A stretch of DNA of 63,517 bases, the filler included, from Atractiella rhizophila (taxonomy: Eukaryota), in assembly GCA_021432655.1 (NCBI GenBank). It is 6 parts of 6 records of this genome, joined end to end, with 100 filler letters (N's around TTAATTAATTAA, not from the genome) between each part and the next. Parts side by side here need not be neighbours in the genome. Positions count along the whole stretch, not along the records: positions 37,004 to 53,411 come from MU271425.1; 5 more parts are not named here. One strand, written 5' to 3'. The position numbers and the translations under genes are program-made. This document shows, piece by piece, positions 37,472-49,858 of the stretch. Positions within the stretch are counted from its first letter, which is position 1. Every line of letters starts with the position of its first letter. Under the pieces are notes generated by a model. That model had not been told where the DNA came from, searched no databases, and saw only the letters and a program-made list of their open reading frames with translations.

Positions 37472-40406
37472 TCAGAACTTGTTGAGGGCTACGACATGTC
37501 GACGGCCGCCTGGTGCCGAGAGATGGATCACAGAGATAAACCTCAACGGTAAGCTAAGTGCCTTCTCATAACATCGTCTCAGAAGTAGTTGCCTTTAGAA
37601 GATCCAATGAATCTGGCATCCAAGTACTCTTGAATCTCATTCACCTCTCAAACATCACCTCTGGCACTATGAAGGACAGCTTATATCCCATCATTTCCTT
37701 TGTAGATATTTGAAGGGATGCTTGACTGATTTAATGGAGATGCAGAGTTATCATTGATATAAGCTGTAAACTGCCAAAGGACATTAGCATTAAAACAGTA
37801 CAACCCAATGATTGAGTACAGATTGAACTACGGTGAAGGAGGCTAGTGGTTGTCAAAATGTACAAGTTACAATTTTTATATGTTTGGTGGAGGATTGTTG
37901 ACGATGGTAAATGAGGACCGGGAACTTGTGCGATATATAAGTTATAAGGTTGTTTTCATCTGTAAATTCAAAGTCTAATCATAACCTTCTACTTCCTGGA
38001 ATGCTTCATCCTTCAGGCCTTCCATTTCCATCCAGGAACTTATTAATTCATTCTGTTGTCGTTCATGATTCATCCTGCCATCTCCCTTGAGTGGCAATTC
38101 TAGTACATTCTTTTTTGCCACCAGTTCTCGCGTTTTTTCTTTTCTCACTTTTCTTGAACATTGTAGAACAAGGTATCCACAAGTATATAAAGCCTGAAAA
38201 GCAAAATAATTATTCCATTCTAAAATAACAATAGGTTATGGGCCCAACAAGCTCATAGACAAAACAGCACCCTACCAGCCGAAGCATAAACTAGACAACG
38301 CACCAATGTATCTAATCCCCTACTAGCAGCTTTTTACACATAACCAATCCAAACTCGTGCTTCAAAAAGATGTCCAGCAGTTTAGGCTGGCTTGAAGAGT
38401 ATAAGATTTCTTCTAGGCAAAGATTCTGATCCACAAGAAAGATGTGGTGAGTACCAGCCTCAATAACCTTCTTCCGAATGCTCGTGATAGTAAGTCAGCT
38501 GGCTGAGAGCGATTCTTAATTTTGACAAGGAGGTTCTTGCATAAGAAGATATCGGGAAGGACACACAGTACAGTTGTAAGAGAAGAAGCTGATCCACGAA
38601 ATGGCTTGCCAGCTGCACTGTGCCAGTTTTTATTATCATATCATAAATGGGAGCTGCTGATACTTTGGAATAAGGCATCCCTTCTCAATGTGACCCTTTT
38701 GAAGCTCAAATATGGCTCAGCACTTGTTCTAAAGATCAGGATTCTTCTTGAACTTGTCTTCAACTTTCATAAGCCGTTCCAAGCTTTCTTCAACTGAATA
38801 ATACTCAGCAACCCCACCTTGCAAGTCTGCCTTCTTCTTTAAGATTGCCTCTCAAAATGCCATAACAAAATCTGCTTGTGCTGGATTTGTGTGAGGAATT
38901 GTTTCAAAAACAGGTATTTCCAGATGAGCTAGATCCTGGCCAATCCAGAGTTCGGGCACATAGAGAACGACACTGTTCCTATGTTGACAGCAGAGGTTAA
39001 CACATGCCTTCCTTTGAAATCGACTCCAAGTAGCCATGCATGTTGAGCAAAATCTTGAAGTCCACCACCTCAAGCAGTGAGTTCCTAACAAGGACTAACT
39101 AGCTAACTCTCTTGTCAACTCACTTTCTTAACGGTCGACATTCAATGCGGTTATGTGACAAGGTCGAAATGGTGTACTGGCGTGCTGCTGAGTTTGACGG
39201 CTTTCGTGGAAGTAGGTCGTCACTACCCACTTCCTACACTACGTTCAAGTCAGGGAGATGAGAACCGTCGATTCGATATCACCTGATGGTTCCCAGATCT
39301 GTCGCCTTGACCGTAGAGTCCTTTGCTGCCAAATCCTCAGCTTTAGGTACTGCACTTCAGCGCGCGAAACGCATTCATTACTCTTATTCTAGACAGCTGC
39401 CATTTCCATTGATCGCAAACTGCTGGTCATAGCCTTCGATACCTGTATATGAGGCGTTCATCAACTTCCACTATTCTTGTTGACTCCATCATCTGTTTCT
39501 CTCTCCTCACTCTCATATTACGAGGTCGTCAATAATACCGTCCAAAATAGTTTGATATAGTGTCAAGACATGATTAAGGGTCGTGTCATGCGCCATACAT
39601 ACTTTAATATCCCTAACGACAAACAAAACTCGGGTTCTAGATTCCCCTGAGGACAATGCATACTTCAATGGACAATCTGAGGTATGGAACGTGCACAGGA
39701 GCAGAACAATCTGCTGCGATGAGACAGTTGCAGATGTATTGTCTTTATGGGGGTGTGACAATGGAGTAGCGCGATGCCTGTAGAACCCCCTTTGCTCATG
39801 CCTGAGCTTTCTTATTTTCTGCTCCATACATCAGCCAACAGCCCTGTCAAGAGGGAGAGGGGAAGGAGCAAATTTACCTCGCAGAATGTCGGCGGTGCGA
39901 CGAACCACGTCGTCCGGAGGGAGATGCTCCGTATTCCTTGGATCAAGCAAAAATTGTTCGAACTGATCCCAAGTAAAAAAGTGCTCTCGGCCCTCGATAT
40001 CAACATAAATCCCCCGTTCGTCGACACGCAGATTGCGTGCAACTGGAGTGTCGCTGGATGATTGTGGAGGCAGCCGTAGCAGTGATCGGATTTCCATCGC
40101 TCCCGTCTCCCAAATTCTTTGTTCGGCTTTGCTGCCTCATCGCAAATCGATAATTGCATCCCGTTGTTTCGAAATCTCAACGTAAGAGACTCCTGCAGAT
40201 GCTCGCTAGAGGTTGATATCGGGAATGGCCAATGGAAGGGAGAGCAAGTAGGCCATGGCAAAGCGGAGTCGGGACTACAAAACGAACGAGTTATATTAAC
40301 GCCTAAGCAAAAGAAGGCACTTAGCTTACCGTTGAGGTTTATCTCTGTGATCCATCTCTCGGCACCAGGCGGCCGTCGACATGTCGTAGCCCTCAACAAG
40401 TTCTGA
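37472..40406. repeat. 95-bp inverted repeat pair (37472-37566 and 40312-40406)
   Basis: tcagaacttg..gtgccttct versus agaaggcac..caagttctga (true reverse complement). Confidence 0.9.
38340..38770 (-). pseudogene. Degenerate gene or TE relic, paralogous to mirrored 44330-44762
   Basis: Aligns to the plain complement of 44330-44762. Contains stops and frameshifts. Confidence 0.7.
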
Positions 40407-40410
40407 AACT

Positions 40411-40825
40411 GCACTCACGTCTGAATACGATGGATAATGGTGGAGCAATGGGGAATTGTATGTTTTGAGATATGTGAGGTGCGTATTTTGTCCTCCGCTT
40501 TTTAATATTTGCTCATTCTCAATATATTAGACGGCATTGATCCCATTCACGCTGCTTACGTCTAAAATACGATGAATAATGGCGAAGCAATGGGGGATTG
40601 CAATTTTTTGATATTTATGAGGTGTGCATTTTCCTCCGCGTTTTTGATATTAGGTCATTCTTACTACGCATTATACATCGTTGTAGCTGGCTCTCAGGTC
40701 TTGCATTCGCACTCACTCCTGAAATGTGATGGATAATGGTGAAGTAATAGCAAATTGTATTTTTGATATATCAAGGTGAGCATTGTTTGCTCCGCTTTTT
40801 TTAACGTTCACTCATCGCTCATCGT
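40411..40825 (+). repeat. Diverged tandem repeat, three ~145-bp units
   Basis: Units at about 40411, 40553 and 40708 share gcactcac..gatg(g/a)ataatgg..ttgat..aggtg..ctccgc. Mirrored copies at about 41689-41940. Confidence 0.75.
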
Positions 40826-42220
40826 TATCACGTGTTATACAGGGCAACAACACCATCACATACGTTACGTTCAAGCTACTTAACAGGAAAACACATTGGG
40901 TACTGATGTCGGAAGGAGCGATTACATTTCAAGTTTCCACATACCTATATCCTTTTTTTTGCTTCAGAGACAAACACATTCCATTTCATAGACACTGGAT
41001 CAGTCTAAATTGTATTCAAGATGAATCATTAATCATTACTAGATTTTGCATTCGAGAATATTCGAGTTCGAGGTCGACTACTTTCGTGTTTGCAGCCCGA
41101 TGTGACGCAAATCTCCGCGAAATTGAGTGCAAAACCCTCGGGGCGACCATTTTGCCCCGTCCTGCACCATAGGCCATATAATTCTGATCTATTGCAATAG
41201 ATGCTTCGGATCTCGAGCTTCTGTTGATGTTCTCGTTGTGAGAGGGCATGCCTGGTTCAGGGGCTCGTTCGTCATGTTGGTTGTTATGGATTGTTGTGGA
41301 TGGAATTGGATTTATTGTGCTTAATGTTGGGAAAGGAAAATCCTGGCATGACATGCAGAGCTTTGCTTTAGGAACCAAGGAACACAGACACAGCAAGGTG
41401 AGGGTAAGAAGAATTAGTTTTCGATATCGCTAGCTAATCGATCGCATCGTGTGTCTTCTTCCTTCCGTGGTAACTGTAGCTAGACGAAATCAAACCCATA
41501 CTTCAAGTCACTCATTATACAGATCAAAGTGGAACAGATCGAACAATCGAAGGAGTTTAAACCATGGAGGCTCACATATTACTACTACAACGACTGAAAA
41601 CGGGATGGCGACTNNNNNNNNNNNNNNNNNNNNNNNNNCATTACTCACTGAACTTCATACCCAAACTAAAGCAGATCGATGTCATAAGTTTTCGCCTCCT
41701 GTTTTATGCGTGGAGTGTATAGAGTTTTGTATGTTAAGGGGTAACGAGGTGGTAATAGGTAGCATAAGTCTGCACTCACGTCATTCACTACCCTGACTCC
41801 CGATCTATAATGATGTATATTACACATTATTCTAACTCGCTTGTAGTTTTTTTTCGCTTCCTTTTTTATGTGTGGGATATATACAGTTTGTATACTAAGG
41901 TATAATGAAACGGTAATAGGTAGCATAGAGTCCGCACTCATGTAGTTTACGCTCCAGACTCTCGATCGATAGTGCTACATATTCTTAATAATCGTAACTC
42001 CCCTATAATTGTTTCGTCTCGTAGTTGAGTGTAATATAAATGTAACAGACTGAGGCATTGTCACGTAAGTCAGGAGAACGTTGACGTCGACATTAACTAG
42101 TTTATGTTCGACTCTTAAACGAAAACAAAATATTATGAACAACGCTAGAAATATTTTTTAAAGTTTTCACACTTTTAGTGTTTTCTATAGGTAAAGGTAG
42201 ACTGATGAGTGATTCACTTG

Positions 42221-42907
42221 ATCCCGAAACGTGGCAGGGCAGGCAGGTAAAAAAACGGACTCTGCCGCTGCCCTGCCCACTGGGGGCAGGGCAGTGGGCG
42301 TGGCAGTGACTTGTGCCCCTGACAGACTGCCACTGCCCTGACACTGCCGTTCTTCTCCCGACGTCTGCCTGCCCAAACTGCCACTTATGCCCACAAGTTG
42401 TTTTACAAGGAAATAAGACAGGCCGTGGTGGCCTTATAGAGTAAGTACGGTACAAGATCAGCGATTGATGATTACGGCCGTTCGGAGCCGGACAAACCGA
42501 CCCGCCTTTCCACGAAACCAACTCGGCCGATACCGGGGATTCGTCGGCCGGGTGTACTCCAATCCCAACGTGACTGGGCCTTCAGGGAAAGACCGGCAAA
42601 ACCTGGTACGTTTCCTTACAAACGAGACGACGTTTGTTCTTTTATACTTTAATGCTTTTCGAACGTCGTCTTGTTCGTTTTTTGGCCATTTTGTCCAAAT
42701 TTTGAATTTTAAGTATATATTGTGGGCAACAAGGGGCAGACTGGGCAGTACCTTCGCGTACTCTCCCGACTGCCTGCCCATCGTGGGCAGGCAAATATGG
42801 CAGGCAGCAGTTTTTAAGTTTCAACACTGCTACTACCCTGCCCACCGGTTTTTACGGCAGGCAGGGCCTGGGCAGTGGGCAGAACTGCCACTGCCACGTT
42901 TCGGGAT
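42221..42907. mobile_element. hAT-family MITE (in mirrored block)
   Basis: 17-bp perfect TIR (atcccgaaacgtggcag / ctgccacgtttcgggat) and 8-bp TSD ttcacttg at 42213-42220 and 42908-42915. The un-mirrored TIR TAGGGCTTTGCACCGTC equals the end of the hAT element at 52407. Confidence 0.93.
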
Positions 42908-44764
42908 TTCACTTGGTGATGAAAGAGAAGGGACGAAGTTATACATTGGAAAGAAAACAGTTTTGGGTCAGGTAGAAAAGGAGATGGGTACAGTAACGGT
43001 ATTTTTGAGCGTATAACTAGGTTGCAGGGCGTGAAACGGTAGGAACTATGGGTACTTTTTGAAGAAATGGTGTAAGAGTAGATACGAGGTGAAGGGGTTG
43101 TATAAGCATGTCTCATCCTGTAACACATTCAACCAGAAGCCGTCACCCATACCTTGGAACCTGGTTACGTCTTTCAACTTTAGTGTCTACAGCACTAACA
43201 AACATAAGAAGACTGCTATAGGTAGGAAAACGAAGAATGTAGCTGGTGTTCAGAAATGTCGAGGTTCCAACGGGAGGAAACAACCGAAGTACATACAGTG
43301 AAAGTGACCACCTCCCACACAGCAAACATCAAAGGTCTTACCAAACTAACGACGAGTTGTGTAACAATCATTCAAGAAAAAGAACAGTTATTTTAACAAG
43401 TCTGAGTATGAGAGGAGACCCATGAGAGACTTACACTGATCGTTGGAGGAAGAGCTAACGTTATTTGGTAAAAGTCGTGGTTTGGCAGCGATTACTTAAA
43501 CAATCAGTCTTGTGGCAAAAGACGTAACATTATGTGTCCCAAGTTCTATTCTACCCCCAATAATATCAAGAGTCGTTTGTTGAAGTCGACGAAGAGGCAG
43601 TTCTTCATCGCAACTTGACTTCAACCGTCCGGTGTTCAAAGATTTTCCGTCGTCTCATGTAAACTTAACATGAGAAGAGGACTATTAGACGTTTACTACA
43701 CAGACAACGACTTCATTTCCAGACACTGTAAGCTCTAACTCTCTGTAAACACCCGTCTCCTTGACCGTCACCTAGACAAAGGTGTAGTTATAAATACCTT
43801 CTACCCCTGACCAAACTAAAACATTTCAAGGCTTATCTGCCATCGTCTCCACTGAACTATAGATCAGGTTTTCAAGAACTAAAACTACTCCCGCAAAACC
43901 TCCTCTACCGTTCGTATCGTCACTGTAGTAGGAGTGATAGGTTAACACAACGATACACAGAACGTTCGCTCTGCTTGACTAGCGTCTTGCAACATTTACT
44001 CACAAAAGCTCAAAGATATTGTCAAATTATTCTTATATAAGGATACAACTCTTCTGACCCGTTCTCTTCTGGATGACGGAATCTTTGTGGAGGTAAAGTT
44101 GTAGTCTCATATGTCCTTCGAGTAGTAAGTATTGTTGGCAAGGTAAGTATTGTCGTTATTGTTAATGAAGCTGTACAAGTTATAGTATACCGAACTCTCA
44201 AACCTCCTCGAGGAAAACGAAGCGAAGTATCACTAGATCCAGTTGAGGACATTTAGATTTGAGTACCTTATAGTTATTTATATGATGAGGGTCATCGTTC
44301 ATGTCTTTTGTATGACAAAAAAGTATGAATTGGTTAGATTTGAACACGAAGCTTTTCTACAGGTCGTCAAATCTGACCGAACTTCTCATATTCTAAAGAA
44401 GGTCCGTTTATAAGGCTAGGTGTTCTTTCTACACCACCCATGGTCGGACTTATTGGAAGAAGGTTTTACGAGTACTACCACTCAGTCGACCGACCTCACC
44501 AAGAATTAAAACTGTTCCTCGAAAGAGCACATTCTTCTATAGCCCTTCCTGTGAGTCTTATCGACATTCTCTTCTTCGACTAGGTGTTTTATCGAGCGGT
44601 CGACGTAATACGGTCAAAAGTAATAAACTACAACATTTAACCTCAACGACTACGAAACCTTATTCCGAAGGGAAGTGTTATACTGGGAAAACTTCGAGCT
44701 TACATCACGTCCTGACCAAGGTTTCTAGTCCTAAGAAGAACTTGAACAGAAGTTGAAAGTATAT

Positions 44765-45510
44765 GGGAGGGCATACCGTCAACTTCGTGAGTAACAACCC
44801 GGACAGAGACGATGGAGGGTAAAAGTCAAAAACGACAGGAGAAGGGAAAGCACTTATCGCGGCAGAGATCACGAGGGTTGAAGAGGAAGGAGACGGAGAG
44901 GAGAAGTTAGTCATCACGACTATCGAGCACGCTGCTGTTCCAGCCAAACAAGTTTACATGAGACTTTATACGCCTACACTTGGACAAGGTACTAAAACTG
45001 TTGGTACACTATTCCTCTTTATACTTCAGAAGTAGAACTCACATAGGGGGAATTCCGTTCAAGGAGAATTTGGAGAGACTTACACCTCTACACGAGTTGG
45101 TACGACTTAGGAAGGAGTCGTATACTTACTATGTTGGCTGTGGAACGGTGGTCCTAAGGATTCTAGGGGAAACGGAGAAAGCGGTGTGTGTTAACGAAGA
45201 TGTAGAGACGACGGCAGAAACGAGGACGGTTCACCTAGTCGAACGGAAGCTACTAACAGTCGAGCTATGTGTAGACACGGAACCGTAGGAAACGTAGGTT
45301 AAACAGCTCAAGAAAGACCAAGTATAACCACAGAAAGAGTGGTAGGAAAGTAAAGAAATAGAGGTCTCATCCAGAAAAGAAGAAACTAGGTCATTGTATC
45401 AGATTGTCTAGCTAGAAGACATCCTGGTGATACTCCACAACAAACATGCGGTGGGTCAATAAGCTAAACTCACCGAGTTAGAACTTATGTAACTTCCTGA
45501 GCCTATACCA
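44765..45510. mobile_element. Degenerate Ty1/Copia gag (reads right-to-left without complementing)
   Basis: IEPLKSNNWVAYK..LLDYVTG..DAKAQMCIELTI..AKTAAEM*KQL..MVEHISTFREV*EEL..LSKSWNRF..LLIEEERQR..ECFNCHTGG (truncated zinc knuckle). Stops and a frameshift present. Confidence 0.85.
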
Positions 45511-47762
45511 ACACACCCACAAATCCCCTGACCTCCATGTTACCCACTGTTAGTAGTGTTCACTGGTACTACTTCATAAACTCCGTCATGAGGTGAATCA
45601 CGATAAGGAGTCCGAGTTTCTTCTGTGGCTTCTGGTGGATTTCCTGTAGTGGGTAGCATCTCGTAGTAGGATTCAAATGACCTTCCCTCTCTCGAGGATA
45701 AACCGATTTTCCCTTCCCTCATGTTTACATATGGCTGTTCCTTCATTTTTCAACCAGTATAGCTGTATACTCTTCATTTCCGTGTCTCCTGTTCTGGACC
45801 GTGACATCGTGTAGTTTGTCCTCAAGATAACCGGCTGTTAGGTTCGTCTACATTACCTCGTACGGGAGAGGACGGGTTGTACAGTCCGTACGTTTAGAAG
45901 TTGTTTCAAAAGTTGGTAAGTCCTGACGGCGACGTGTGTTGAAAGCTACCTCCACAGATCAAAGTGGAACAGATCGAACAATCGAAGGAGTTTAAACCAT
46001 GGAGGCTCACATATTACTACTACAACGACTGAAAACGGGATGGCGACTATGTACGAAGAGATTAAGAAGTTGAATGTAAGATATCAAATGGAATGAATGG
46101 GTAGGTATGGTTAAGAGAAGTCGTTGAGACGTGTCTGAGCCAGTTACATTGAGATGAGATGAATCTGAGGCTTGGGAGGTGAGATGAGTTGGTAGAGAGC
46201 CAATTGAAGAATGAGGGAAGGAGGGAGGGACTTCTTTATGAAGCGATGGAGAGATGGTGAGATTACTGGATGGGCCCATTGCACTTCGCCATGTGACGAT
46301 TGAAGTTTTCGATGGTATAATACCTCTTCCCGCCTATCACACCACCGAGTCAGCATTTCATTTTCATTTCGTTAAATGAGAAAAGGAGGCAAGGAGGGGA
46401 AGATGACGCACAGAAAGGACAATAATACTCATTTTCTTGCGGCTTCGATAGGTTAACGAAGAATTTCTGTCTGCAACCCGCGCGACCGCAGTCAGCAATG
46501 CAATGAAAAGCCACGAAAGAAAGGTAATTGGGAGAAACACTCATGTAGCCCCAATCCAAAAGACGCCATTACTATTACCGTGGTCTGCTTGCTTCTTGCT
46601 AAACGCTTCCAGAGGACTGAGAGGACTCGAAACTTGAAGCTTCGTTGACTGGACTGACTTCTGACTTCTTCAGGACTGCAGCCTTTTTAAACGAACCTCG
46701 TGCCGAACCCGACAGTTTGGATATTCCCGTCTTATCGCAACCAAGCCAGTGATCCCGGCCGTTTAGATCTATCGTTTTTGTCAGACCTGCAGGCGGTGAC
46801 GCGCTGGACGATGTGACGGTTGGGCGGTTGGGCACAAAGAAGAAGGATCGCTTAGGATCGCTGCCCCGAAGTTGGAATACGAACCAGAGATCGGGATCGG
46901 ATGCCGAGGTTGGCTCCTTCAACCCACTACCATTCTCCTTTCTCCAGAAATGACCTCACTATTCTTCCCGAGCCTACTTTTGGCCTTCCCGGTCTTGCAC
47001 CAGCATCAGAGGCGAGTGTCGCGATGTTTTTCATTCTCTGTTGGACGGGTAAGGACTTCCGATCTGTCAGCTACTCTTTCCTCTTCTGTCAATCCTCGTG
47101 CCATCACGTCCTACTTCCACAACAACGATCTCTGGAAGGCTGTCTCAATTCCTTATTGGAGGGAGCCTGATACTGTGGGAAAGAAAGGCTCGCCTCCAAC
47201 TGATGCTGGACGTTTCTGGGTCTGCGGCTTGAGTCCAATGTCAGCGCTGAGAAGGTGCAAAAAGGTCATCAAATGTGCTTGCCGAATGTGATGAAAGCGG
47301 ACGGGGGACTTAGACGCAATTTTGGAATGTTGAGGAGGCGAACACACTGTTGAATGCAATCGAAGGCTTGAAAAGAGTGTAGCGACGTCAACTCAACTGT
47401 CGAGGGACCTCGATCTGTTCTAAACGACGCTTTCCTGGAGATCCGTAATAAATGTCAACTTTGGCAAAGCTTTTTGAATCCTGAATCATGTGACATGTTG
47501 CATGTTACATGACCGTGTCGACAACCTCTCGATACAAAGCCAGGAATACAACATGCAACATTCCTGTCCAAGAATAAGCAAAAGCGACCCTGAATCTGAT
47601 TCTGAATCGAATGCAAGAGCTGTGGGGACCAGTCGAGTAATTGTGGGAGGTTGTTATCTCCTGTACAGTATATCTGTTTGTTAATGCGTAGTCACGGTCA
47701 TGATCGTGCGAAAAGCTGCGACGCGAAGTATTGTTACAAAAATACATTTATGTCGAACCCAG

Positions 47763-48199
47763 ATTGAGATGCTGAATTTTGGGGGTTTCACTCGGACGCC
47801 CACGCTTCGTGGTCGTCATTTGCTCGCAACCGTCGTCACTTGCCAACATCTTACGCGACATCTCCTCAACGGTGGAGCCTCGCTGCCAGATAGCGGGCTC
47901 ATCCTGCTAACCTACAACTTCATCTTGAGCGGGTTGTGCCTGCAACTGGACTTTGAAATTGAGATGCTGAATTTTGGGGGCTTCACTCTCAATCCTTTCA
48001 GGCTCACGCTTTGTGATCGTCATCCATAGTCACTTGCGACAATCTTACGCAACATCCTTCCTCCCAATCCACCGTGTTCACTTGCGAGGGGATTCCACAA
48101 ATTCTAGGATATCGCTCTCCTCAAAAGGTGGAGCCTAACTACTAGATAGTGGGCTCTAGCCTACACCTTGAGTAGGGTTGTGCCTGCAACTGGACTTTG
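47763..48199 (+). repeat. Short diverged direct repeats
   Basis: attgagatgctgaattttggggg at about 47763 and 47958; ggttgtgcctgcaactggactttg at about 47932 and 48176. Confidence 0.7.
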
Positions 48200-49191
48200 G
48201 GTTGATCAACACCAGCCACTCGATTCTGGGTCCCTATCTCAAACTAATACGCTATAGCGCTACCTGAAGGTTCTTTCGGTGCGCAACAACGTTCTGTTTT
48301 CTTCTATTTCGTTCATAGTAAGCAGAATGCGCTGAGAAAGGCCCTCACACCGTGTTCGTGTTCGCGACGAGGATTCGTGCACGCACCCACGTTCCACAAG
48401 CACCATCGGAAACTCTTTATCACCTTCCTTCATTCCTCCATTTCATTCTCACATCCACTGTGAGCAATCCTTCGACAATTAGCATTTTGACAGTCAGTTA
48501 TTGGAAATGTCGACCAGCAACAAACGTTGAACGAGAGACCGTAATGGGCTGATGACAAGTCCCCCCATGTATTACGTGGGTTCTCAAGTGAAAAGGATGG
48601 TCAACTTCTATACCCGAATATCCATCCTCTGACTTTTGCACCACTCATATATGTTCGAGAGGTTGTTGTTGAGTTGAGTTGACCACTCCTCCTTTCAAGC
48701 AAAATGAATTAAGACGAAAATCATATAGAAAATATTAAACAATAGTCGATGAAAATCAAATTCAGGCAAACGATGTTCTAGACAAAATAAAAAGTGTCAT
48801 CACAATAGTTGAGCACATGGTGCCTGCAGGCAGGTGAAGTTGATGGACGACTAGGGAGGGCTCTTCATCACCACATAGACGGGTTGAGGGGGACGGACGG
48901 TGAAGAGCCCTAATGACGACCAACGACACTAATTTTGGAGATCGTAGCCATCTAGAGATCAACCAATTCGGCTTATTTTTGCATTATTGGAAGATCGAAA
49001 GTACCCAAGATGTCATAATTGTGTATTTTTCAACCGTTAATACTGCAAGGTGGGTCATGAGGCACCATCCAAGATTTCAGCCGTGCAATCTGGTGCATAA
49101 TTTCAGGACGTAATAGATTGTGTGCCTAAATACCGGCCAGAGCAGAATGAAAAAGACGATCGACGATGGCGGTGTGATTCTGGCGCTGTGA

Positions 49192-49298
49192 TTCTGGAAA
49201 AGTGAATTCAGTCGGGAGGAAAAGTCCAGAAACTTCGCTTATGACGCATTTGACCCTGGCTGACGTCTCAAGAGGCTGGACTTGCAAAGGTATATAAA
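49192..49298 (+). promoter_or_regulatory. HSP20 promoter with heat-shock elements and TATA box
   Basis: TTCtgGAA at 49192; gGAAa-aGTCc-aGAAa-cTTCg at about 49218-49237; TATATAAA at 49291, about 80 nt upstream of the ATG. Confidence 0.65.
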
Positions 49299-49372
49299 CT
49301 GGTCTTTTCACATCATCCTATGTAAAAGAGCCCTACAATACCAACCCCAACCACAAAGCAACAACTCCAACA

Positions 49373-49858
49373 ATGTCGCTCATCCAAAACCTCTTCCCTG
49401 AGCTCCGCCGCGCTCCTTTCTACAGCCGAGCATTCGATGTCCCCGAATTCTCTCAGCTGTCTCAACTACCGAGACCTGCAATTGACGTTCACGAAGAAGG
49501 AGACAAATACATTGTTCAAGCCGAGGTCGCAGGAGCTCTGAAGGAAGACCTAAAACTCGAGTTCGGTGGTGATGGTGGAGAGGTCCTCACACTTAGCGGG
49601 AAGATCGTGAAGACGAAGGAATTCAAGCCTGAAGAGCCAAGGGAAGGGGCGGGAAATGAGAAGGCGGTTGAGAAGCGAAGTACGAATACGAATATCTGGC
49701 ATTCCGAACGCTTTGAAGGATCTTTCGCCAGGTCGGTGAGGTTCCCAACGCCAGTCGATACGGAGAAAGTGTCCGCAAAGTATGAGAACGGTATTCTGGA
49801 GGTGGAAGTACCGAAGAGGTTGAAGAAGGAGGGTTCAAAGAGTATCGAGATTGCTTAA
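49373..49858 (+). CDS. Small heat-shock protein (HSP20/alpha-crystallin), intronless
   Basis: PAIDVHEEGDKY..SERFEGSFARSVRFP..VSAKYENGILEVEVPK..IEI. Confidence 0.97.
   Translation: MSLIQNLFPELRRAPFYSRAFDVPEFSQLSQLPRPAIDVHEEGDKYIVQAEVAGALKEDLKLEFGGDGGEVLTLSGKIVKTKEFKPEEPREGAGNEKAVEKRSTNTNIWHSERFEGSFARSVRFPTPVDTEKVSAKYENGILEVEVPKRLKKEGSKSIEIA

Larger units (their letters stand above)
41639..45953. other. Mirrored block C (reversed, not complemented), 4.3 kb
   Basis: 41640-41684 is the reversal of 41473-41517. Flipped, it joins 45954-46048 (identical to 41519-41613) and rebuilds a 141-bp copy of 41473-41613. Internal mirror matches to 40408-40503, 38340-38770 and 52407-52490. Confidence 0.95.

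Noticed and set aside
41666..45746. Six-frame ORFs listed inside mirrored blocks (e.g. 42465-43016, 44980-45288; also 16396-17118)
   Set aside because: Chance frames in reversed sequence. The real coding is in the backward reading.
45954..46600. Possible extension of mirror block C to about 46600
   Set aside because: The base-precise junction at 45953/45954 and normal GATC/TCGA usage show this part is in the ordinary orientation.
40411..48199. CRISPR-like interpretation of the spaced repeats
   Set aside because: Eukaryotic context, long diverged units, no repeat-spacer regularity and no cas genes.
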